Source of the DNA: a virus
IMG/VR virus record: IMGVR_UViG_3300030333_008604
Location: 58,943-122,942 of that record
Length of the DNA: 64,000 nt
Direction: 5' to 3' (one strand)
Translations under genes and position numbers: made by a program
Notes under the pieces: model-generated
Seen by the model: the letters and a program-made list of their open reading frames with translations, nothing else
Told to the model about the DNA's origin: nothing
The model's database searches: none
Shown here: piece after piece, positions 57,249 through 64,000 of the stretch
Layout of the letters: each line of letters starts with the position of its first letter
Numbering within the stretch: the first letter of the stretch is position 1

Positions 57249-59054
57249 ATGTCTGTTTTACAAAAACTAACTGAAGGCATCGTTGACCGATCCCTCCAGA
57301 GAGAAGGTGCTGCCCTATTAGATAAGTGGGAGCGTACCGGCCTCTTGGAAGGTCTTAACGGTGACCAGCAGAAGCAGGGCATGGCCCGGCTTCTTGAGAA
57401 TCAGGCCTCTCAGCTTCTTAAGGAAGCAACGAGTATGGCCGCCAGCGACGTTGAGGGCTTTGCCTCGGTCGCCTTCCCGATTGTCCGCCGCGTGTTCGGT
57501 GGTCTAATCGCCAATGACCTTGTGTCCGTTCAGCCGATGAGCTTGCCCTCGGGCCTCATTTTCTTCATGGACTTTACCTACACTGATGACCTTGCTTCGG
57601 CAGGTGCTGCAGCCACCGAATCGATTTATGGTGGTGGTGTGGTTGCTAAGGGTCTTGTCGATGGTGTTTCCCTTACTGGGGCTAACGCTGAGAAGAGCTT
57701 TTACGCTCTTAACAACGGCTACTCGTCCCCGACGGGATCTGTCGACAATGTTGTTCAGACTGACTACAGCTTAACCTTAACTGACGGTTCGACTTCAACG
57801 ACCACTCTTGATGGCTCGAAGAAGAAGAGCGAGCTTACTGGCTCTGCCCAGACTGCTCTTAAGGTTATTCAGCATGATCCTGATATCAGTGACAACTCTT
57901 ACGTTGCTGTGTTCGAGATTGCAAAGTCTAGCTTAACGGACGCGCAGTGGAACGAGGCTAACTGCATTGCCATTGATACTGTTGCAGCAACAGCCCAGAA
58001 CGCGCTCGCATCTGGCAAGCACCTTAATGGCGCAACTTTGGTGCGTCGCTTGACGCGTCAGAATCCAGATGACGCTACGAAGATTATGCTTGTCTACACC
58101 AAGGCAACTGCATTCAACGATATTGATACTGACAACGACCAGGTCAAGGTCAACTTCCCGAAGGCTGATAGATTCGATACTGGCGGAGCAATTGGCTCTG
58201 TTGTTGGTAAGGCTCCCTGGGGTCTTGAAGGTGCAGATGACACCGACAACAACACTTTCAATGGCGAAGTTGTTGATACGATTCGCGAGATCGACATCAA
58301 GGTCGACAGCATCGCGGTCACCGCGGTCAGCAAGAAGCTCAAGGCGAAGTGGACCCCTGAGCTTGGCCAGGATCTCAACGCTTATCACAACCTTGATGCC
58401 GAGGTCGAGCTTACTCAGGTCCTCTCCGAGCAGATTGCTCTAGAGATCGATCGTGAGATTGTTCAAGAGCTTGTTAAGGGCGCAAAGGCTAGCACCATGT
58501 ACTGGTCGCGTCGTCCTGGTAAGTTCCTTGATCGCACGACTGGAACGCAGGTTGGCGCTGATGTGGCAAACGAGTCACTGATGGGTGCTGACTTCACTGG
58601 TACCGTGTCCGAGTGGTATGAGACTCTTGTCGAGACCATCAACGACGTGTCGGCCCAGATTCATCGTAAGACGTTGCGCGGCGGAGCTAACTTCTGTGTG
58701 TGCTCACCTGAAGTTGCCAACATTCTGGAGTTCACCTCCGGATTCCGTGCCAACATCACTCACGATGATGACAAAGGCGACATCGGTGCTGTGAAGGCTG
58801 GTAGCCTGAGCCGCAAGTGGGATGTGTGGGTTGACCCCTACTTCCCGCGTAACTTGATCCTTGTCGGTCGTAAGGGCGGCAGCTTCTTAGAGAGTGGATT
58901 TGTTTACGCTCCCTATGTGCCGCTGCAGATCACGCCCACCATCTTCGGTACGGAAGATTTCGTACCACGTAAGGGTGTCATGACCCGCTACGCCAAGAAG
59001 ATGGTACGTCCTGATATGTATGGTTTGGTTGTTGTCCAAGACTTCACTGGCTAA
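57249..59054 (+). CDS. gp23: Major capsid protein (T4 gp23-like)
   Basis: VSVQPMSLPSGLIF, KLKAKWTPELGQDLNAYH, EIDREI, YAPYVPL and KGVMTRYA motifs. Confidence 0.96.
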   Translation: MSVLQKLTEGIVDRSLQREGAALLDKWERTGLLEGLNGDQQKQGMARLLENQASQLLKEATSMAASDVEGFASVAFPIVRRVFGGLIANDLVSVQPMSLPSGLIFFMDFTYTDDLASAGAAATESIYGGGVVAKGLVDGVSLTGANAEKSFYALNNGYSSPTGSVDNVVQTDYSLTLTDGSTSTTTLDGSKKKSELTGSAQTALKVIQHDPDISDNSYVAVFEIAKSSLTDAQWNEANCIAIDTVAATAQNALASGKHLNGATLVRRLTRQNPDDATKIMLVYTKATAFNDIDTDNDQVKVNFPKADRFDTGGAIGSVVGKAPWGLEGADDTDNNTFNGEVVDTIREIDIKVDSIAVTAVSKKLKAKWTPELGQDLNAYHNLDAEVELTQVLSEQIALEIDREIVQELVKGAKASTMYWSRRPGKFLDRTTGTQVGADVANESLMGADFTGTVSEWYETLVETINDVSAQIHRKTLRGGANFCVCSPEVANILEFTSGFRANITHDDDKGDIGAVKAGSLSRKWDVWVDPYFPRNLILVGRKGGSFLESGFVYAPYVPLQITPTIFGTEDFVPRKGVMTRYAKKMVRPDMYGLVVVQDFTG

Positions 59055-59077
59055 ACAAATTAGGTTAGCATGAGCTA

Positions 59078-59115
59078 AAAACCCCGGTTAGTCCAACTAG
59101 CCGGGGTTTTCTTTT
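59078..59115 (+). terminator. Intrinsic terminator after the major capsid gene
   Basis: AAAACCCCGGTTAGT-CCA-ACTAGCCGGGGTTTT stem followed by CTTTT. Confidence 0.85.
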
Positions 59116-59123
59116 ATATAAAA

Positions 59124-59131
59124 ACTATTTA
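59124..59131 (+). promoter_or_regulatory. Candidate late promoter ACTATTTA for neck genes
   Basis: Exact octamer just after the terminator, before SD AGGAG and the ATG at 59154. Confidence 0.62.
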
Positions 59132-59153
59132 CCTTGATAGGAGACACGATGCG

Positions 59154-60455
59154 ATGGCACTACCCACTTTAACACCTAGCTCTGAAATTTCGAAAGTTGT
59201 GCTTCCAGTCACCGGCACGTATACGGTGGCAAATGTTGCATCCAACTATCCATATGGACTTTACGCTGACGAAGATTCTGACCTATACGACCATAATTTT
59301 ATTACTGGAGCTGTTGAGCAAGTAGCTTATGTCTATAGAAAGTTGGGCGGCGATGTTCTAGATATTGAGCTTACAGAGAAGAACGTGTACTCCTCTTATG
59401 AAGAGGCTGTCTTAGAGTACTCTTATATCGTTAATGTTCATCAAGCGAAAAATATTTTACATAGCTCGCTCGGCGCCACAACTGGGAGCTTTGATAGCGA
59501 TGGTGAGCTTTCGGGGTCAACCCATCCGGTGGAAATAAACTACGACTCCCTCAAAGATGTTGCCTTAAAGTATCCTAAGTTTGAATTTGGGTATTCTAAA
59601 AGAGTGATGGACAATACGATTACTGAAACTGGCCTGGGGGGCACGCAAGGCATCTATTCTGCGTCTTTTACAGTAGATGAAGAGGTCCAGGATTATGATC
59701 TGCAACAGATTATACAGACCTCTTCTTCCATCGCAAACATATCGTTTTATAATAAAGTTGACAATAATCGAATAAAAATTAGAAGAGTTTATTATAAGAC
59801 ACCGCATGCTATGTGGAGGTTCTATGGCTACTATGGAGGGCTGAACACTATCGGCAACATGTCGACATATGGCATGTTTGCGGATGACTCAACTTACGAG
59901 ATTATTCCGCCATGGCAAAATAAACTTCAGGCGATCGCCTATGAGGATGCAATTTATACTAGGAATTCTCACTACTCTTATGAAATTAGGAACAACAACA
60001 TAAGAATTCATCCGATGCCAACATCTGCTGGCCTTGATAAATATTGGATTGAATTTACTGTTGAACAAGACCCGTGGGAAGAACAATCCGATCGCAGAGA
60101 CGGCGTACAGGGTGTGAACAACATGAACACACTTCCTTTGTCTAACATACCTTACAAAAACATTAACAGCATAGGAAAACAGTGGATTAGGAGATTCGCT
60201 GTAGCCCTGAGCAAGGAAGTCTTGGGTCAGATTAGAAGTAAGTTTGGTCAAATTCCAATTCCTAATAGTAATGTGCAACTTAACGGCACTGCGCTGATTA
60301 CAGAAGGCAAAGAAGAGCAGTCTAAATTAAGAGAAGAGTTGCAAAAAGTGCTAGATGAGATGACCTACGAGAAAATGACAGAACTGCAGTCAAACATGGC
60401 AGAGAAATCACAGGGCATAATTCAAACTTATCCAATGTTTATTTACCAGGGGTAG
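59154..60455 (+). CDS. gp13: Neck/head-tail adaptor protein (gp13-like)
   Basis: KLGGDVLDIELT N-terminal motif and WIRRFAVALSKEVLGQIRSKF...VQLNG C-terminal motif; follows the capsid gene. Confidence 0.8.
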   Translation: MALPTLTPSSEISKVVLPVTGTYTVANVASNYPYGLYADEDSDLYDHNFITGAVEQVAYVYRKLGGDVLDIELTEKNVYSSYEEAVLEYSYIVNVHQAKNILHSSLGATTGSFDSDGELSGSTHPVEINYDSLKDVALKYPKFEFGYSKRVMDNTITETGLGGTQGIYSASFTVDEEVQDYDLQQIIQTSSSIANISFYNKVDNNRIKIRRVYYKTPHAMWRFYGYYGGLNTIGNMSTYGMFADDSTYEIIPPWQNKLQAIAYEDAIYTRNSHYSYEIRNNNIRIHPMPTSAGLDKYWIEFTVEQDPWEEQSDRRDGVQGVNNMNTLPLSNIPYKNINSIGKQWIRRFAVALSKEVLGQIRSKFGQIPIPNSNVQLNGTALITEGKEEQSKLREELQKVLDEMTYEKMTELQSNMAEKSQGIIQTYPMFIYQG

Positions 60456-60461
60456 TGAGTT

Positions 60462-60956
60462 ATGTCTAATAAGAAAAACAAATGGTCACAACCAGAAGCT
60501 CCACCTCCGCCTCTATTCTTAGGAGAAAAAGAGCGAGATTTAGTCAAACAAGTTAATGATGAATTAATTGAGCGCGTGATTGGCCAGCAAGTTTTATACT
60601 ATCCTATTGACTTGGAACACACGAACTTTCACCCCCTTTACAACGAAGCAATTGTAAAGTCTTTTCTTCCACCTGTCAGGGTTTACGCACTGATTGAATT
60701 TCAGGGCCAAGAAACAGCGACTGACTTTTATGGTGTTGATAAGACTGCGAAGCTAGCGATTTATTTTCACAAGAGAAGATTGACAAAGGATCAAGATTTG
60801 TTTGTAAGAGAAGGAGACTTCGTTTTGTATGGCAAGGTACACTATGAGATAGTCAGCCTCAAGGAACCAAAAGAGCTTTTTGGCCAAGCTGACAAGAGGT
60901 TTGAAATAGTTGCACAGTGCATTAAGGCACGGGAGGGTCTTTTCGATGCCACGTAG
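60462..60956 (+). CDS. gp14: Neck/head-closure protein (gp14-like)
   Basis: GQQVLYYP...LYNEA...REGDFV...YEI pattern; synteny. Confidence 0.68.
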   Translation: MSNKKNKWSQPEAPPPPLFLGEKERDLVKQVNDELIERVIGQQVLYYPIDLEHTNFHPLYNEAIVKSFLPPVRVYALIEFQGQETATDFYGVDKTAKLAIYFHKRRLTKDQDLFVREGDFVLYGKVHYEIVSLKEPKELFGQADKRFEIVAQCIKAREGLFDAT

Positions 60957-61791
60957 CCCTAAAAATGAAGACACAGAGCGCGATCTTCCACGCATTGAAT
61001 CTACTTTTGAAGACATCGATATGGCTCTGTATGCTTTTGTTGACAAGACATTAGATATTCAAACAAAGACTAATAAAGGTTTTGTGAAGGTCCCAGTAAT
61101 TTGGAGTGGTGCAGAAAGAGCACAAAATGTCAAAAATGACTCAATTAAAAGAGACGCGGACGGGATGATAATTTATCCAGTTATCGCCATTGAGCGAGGT
61201 GCAGTTGTTAAAGATCTTGAAAAGAAAACTCTACCATATGCCGCCCTCGACCCCACTGGAGACATCAAAAGAGGCTTCCTGACAGTTAATCGAGTCATCA
61301 AGCAGGACAAAACATCCAATTTTGCAAAAATGGATGCTATGAGACAAAAAGGCCAGATGCACCACCCAATTTATAAAAATAAAAAAAATGAAAAAATTGT
61401 ATACGAAACCATAACAATCCCTGTGCCGGTTTATGTGGAGATTGACTATAAGATAAGTTTGAGGACAGAATATCAACAACAAATGAATGATCTATTGACA
61501 CCTTTCATCCGCTATACAAATGGTCATCGAAGAGCGATGATAAGCCACAATAGAAACACATATGAGGCGTTTGTTGAAGATAGTTTCGCAGCGAACAACA
61601 ATATTGCAAACTACCAGCAGGAAGAGAAGAAGTTTGAGACAGCAGTCACAATTAAAGTATTGGGATATTTAATAGGTAACGGAGATAACCAAATAACACC
61701 ACGTGCCGTACGTCGCGAAAATGCTGTCCAGATACGTTTTGCGAGGGAGCGGGTCATCATGCAAGACGTCGATGGTGAATTTAGATTTTAA
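60946..61791 (+). CDS. gp15: Tail terminator / sheath stabiliser (gp15-like)
   Basis: KVPVIW...YPVIAIER...PVPVYVEIDYKI...QQQMNDL; lies between neck and sheath genes. Start set at ATG 60946 after a GGAGGG SD (the track begins at 60910). Confidence 0.68.
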   Translation: MPRSPKNEDTERDLPRIESTFEDIDMALYAFVDKTLDIQTKTNKGFVKVPVIWSGAERAQNVKNDSIKRDADGMIIYPVIAIERGAVVKDLEKKTLPYAALDPTGDIKRGFLTVNRVIKQDKTSNFAKMDAMRQKGQMHHPIYKNKKNEKIVYETITIPVPVYVEIDYKISLRTEYQQQMNDLLTPFIRYTNGHRRAMISHNRNTYEAFVEDSFAANNNIANYQQEEKKFETAVTIKVLGYLIGNGDNQITPRAVRRENAVQIRFARERVIMQDVDGEFRF

Positions 61792-61812
61792 AGGACTTTG
61801 GCAAGAGCATAT

Positions 61813-61820
61813 ACTATTTA
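61813..61820 (+). promoter_or_regulatory. Candidate late promoter ACTATTTA for tail sheath
   Basis: Exact octamer in the intergenic region upstream of 61875. Confidence 0.6.
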
Positions 61821-61874
61821 TTAAAGAAAATGCACAGCGTATTTCAACCGAATGACGTATAGGGAGTTTAAGAC

Positions 61875-64000
61875 ATGGCAGTTGATAAGTTTAAGTTTGT
61901 ATCACCGGGCGTTTTCATCAACGAGATTGATGAATCTGCCCTACCACCGCAGCCCGTAGAGATGGGCCCAGTTGTTATCGGTAGGTTTGCCAAAGGCCCT
62001 GCGATGCGACCGGTTCAAGTAGAGAGTTTTCCTGAGTTTGTGTCGCTCTTCGGCAACCCTTCAGATGGAAATCCAGGCGGCGACGTCTGGCGAACCGGAG
62101 CAATGACTGCTCCGACTTATGCAGCTTATGCTGTGCAAGCATGGCTAAGAAACAACTCCCCTGTTACTGTTTTCCGCTTGCTTGGAGAACAGTCAGATTC
62201 CGCTGAAGCTTACAGCTCCACCAACCTTAAAGGACAAGCTGGCTGGAGAACTGCGAACACTCTAAACAACAGCATCAACGATTCTGGCGGAGCTTACGGT
62301 CTTTTTGTTATGCCCGACCCGGACAAGCGCGGCTCGACAACAACTGTTGACATCGTCGCAGCCAACGTCTCGCTCTCGGGTGGAGAGACTCTAACTTTTA
62401 CAGATCAGTCTGGCAACGTATATAGTGCCCAGATTGACGGCGATGTTGCAATTGCTGATAGTACCGCAACGAAAATTGGCGCCTCCGGCATCAGTGGCGA
62501 TACAGCCAACCTGTGCGATTCAATTCAAAATTCGCTCAACCAAGCACGTCTGTATGGCGTGACCGCCACAACAAAGGACACCGCAGACGGCAGCGCTTTG
62601 CTTGATATTCAAGCTGCGGGCGAAGGTGGTACGACTTCTACAATTCGATTTGTTGCAAACGGCGTCCCACAGGATCCCGTTAGAGGTACTCTTGTATCTG
62701 GAGACAAAGTAACTGTCGCAAATGACAGTCACGTAATCAACACGATGCATGTTACGGGAACGCTAGCAGCGATTTGGTATGTTGAAGACGGAGCCGTTGT
62801 TCTGTCCGGTACTGCCCGCGATAGTCAACCCCGCGAAGGCGCAGGTGTGCTTATTCGTTCCACCGACCAAAAGTTTACTGCTAAGGTTGTCAAGGACGGT
62901 TATACAACTGCTGCCGCTAACACTGGTGTACAAAAGAGCGCAACTTTTAATTTTGACAAGGATTCTGATCTTTACATTCGAAAGGTGTTCAACACTGACC
63001 CAACAAAAACTAATGAAGATTTGGTCTGCACGGATTGTGGCGGCACACAAGAGCATTACTGGCTTGGAGAGACTTTTGACCAGCCGGTTAGAACACAGCT
63101 AGCGGTCACCGGCACTGCGGTAAACCACAGTGGTGAGTTCTTGGGTGTGATTTTAGGCCTTAAGCAGGGTAGCACTGATTGGTCAAATCACCTGGGATCC
63201 ACCGGCACTGCTGCAGCAGCAAAAACTGGGTGGTTTATTTCTCAAGACACGCGCGGTACAAACTACGCGGACTTTAATCCAATTGATGACACCGAAAAGC
63301 TTTTCCGTCTTGTTGCACTTGACAATGGTGCGCACACAAACAGAGATATCAAGATCTCTATTCAAGACATCAAAGCTCCATCGGATAAGTTTAACAAGTT
63401 CGGCACTTTCTCTGTCTTGGTGCGGCGCGCCAACGACACTGACAATAACCCAGTTGTGCTAGAGCGCTACAGTGGCCTAAACTTAAATCCAACTTCTGCT
63501 AACTTTATTGCTCGGGTTATTGGTAACCGTGAATACACTTACGACGCGACGAACAAGGTGATTCGCCAGCATGGTGACTATCCAAACCACTCACAGCATA
63601 TTCGTGTTGAAACCTCTCCGTTGGTTGACAATGCCGGCGCAGAAGGTCTTCTGCCTTATGGTTGTTTCGGTCCGGTCGTGCCTAGAAATCTTTGGATTGC
63701 CGAAGACTCGACTATTGCGAATGTTAAGGACCAGGAAGGGACTACAAATCTTAATTCTTGGGTCCTTGGTGGTCAAGGTGTCGCAGGCCATCTGCCCACG
63801 GGATCGCTTGTTAACAATACTGCTCACAGCCCGGCATCAATCTTGTTTAACGGCGATGCAGCAGAAGCGGCATATCAGTTTAATTTAGACGCTCGCTTAG
63901 ACTGGCCTCGCACTCGCACGCGCGTTTCCTCTTCAGAGGGAGACCTGGTGCTGGATACGCAAGCTTACTTTGGATATCAGTCTGTTATTGAAGGTACACG
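61875..64000 (+). CDS. gp18: Contractile tail sheath protein (gp18-like), 3'-truncated by the window edge
   Basis: Manually translated: MAVDKFKFVSPGVFINEIDES...VIGRFAKGPAMRPVQVESFPEFVSLFG, the classic sheath N-terminus; GGGAG SD. Absent from the track, consistent with no stop inside the window. Confidence 0.9.
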   Translation, partial: MAVDKFKFVSPGVFINEIDESALPPQPVEMGPVVIGRFAKGPAMRPVQVESFPEFVSLFGNPSDGNPGGDVWRTGAMTAPTYAAYAVQAWLRNNSPVTVFRLLGEQSDSAEAYSSTNLKGQAGWRTANTLNNSINDSGGAYGLFVMPDPDKRGSTTTVDIVAANVSLSGGETLTFTDQSGNVYSAQIDGDVAIADSTATKIGASGISGDTANLCDSIQNSLNQARLYGVTATTKDTADGSALLDIQAAGEGGTTSTIRFVANGVPQDPVRGTLVSGDKVTVANDSHVINTMHVTGTLAAIWYVEDGAVVLSGTARDSQPREGAGVLIRSTDQKFTAKVVKDGYTTAAANTGVQKSATFNFDKDSDLYIRKVFNTDPTKTNEDLVCTDCGGTQEHYWLGETFDQPVRTQLAVTGTAVNHSGEFLGVILGLKQGSTDWSNHLGSTGTAAAAKTGWFISQDTRGTNYADFNPIDDTEKLFRLVALDNGAHTNRDIKISIQDIKAPSDKFNKFGTFSVLVRRANDTDNNPVVLERYSGLNLNPTSANFIARVIGNREYTYDATNKVIRQHGDYPNHSQHIRVETSPLVDNAGAEGLLPYGCFGPVVPRNLWIAEDSTIANVKDQEGTTNLNSWVLGGQGVAGHLPTGSLVNNTAHSPASILFNGDAAEAAYQFNLDARLDWPRTRTRVSSSEGDLVLDTQAYFGYQSVIEGT

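Noticed and set aside
78-63888. Numerous short minus-strand and alternate-frame ORFs in the track (for example 40794..41297, 57933..58388)
   Set aside because: They lie inside long plus-strand genes with clear motifs and show no recognisable domains; treated as shadow ORFs.
5598-64000. Contractile injection system (eCIS/T6SS/tailocin) interpretation
   Set aside because: Terminase, portal, protease and major capsid genes are present, so this is a complete phage morphogenesis region.
1-64000. Stop-codon reassignment, tRNA genes or CRISPR arrays
   Set aside because: Genes tile densely in the standard code with TAA, TAG and TGA all used as stops; intergenic gaps are at most about 120 bp and show no cloverleaf or repeat-spacer pattern by eye.

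Overview
The window is a gene-dense, entirely plus-strand segment of a large T4-related myophage genome, readable in the standard genetic code. From left to right it holds: a baseplate/tail-tip block (gp25, gp6 and five proteins over 1000 aa, one with LamG and MAM-like domains); an embedded DNA-metabolism island (RuvC-like resolvase, DnaG-type primase, single-chain SbcD-SbcC fusion); a putative lysis cassette; terminase large subunit, portal and prohead protease; a ribosomal protein bS21 homologue; two fibre genes; scaffold and major capsid protein; neck gp13/gp14, tail terminator gp15, and a tail sheath gene that runs off the right edge. The main regulatory signal is a recurrent octamer, [A/T]CTA[T/C/A]TTA, upstream of many genes, which is a candidate late promoter. 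In up to three places the octamer or a variant lies inside a hairpin that sequesters the downstream Shine-Dalgarno sequence, most clearly before the holin-like gene. Other observations are a shared L-x-x-I-I-K-E-E motif in small proteins, enrichment of [S/T]-G-S in a subset of virion proteins, and two short unannotated ORFs. All calls come from motif recognition by eye; no searches were run.
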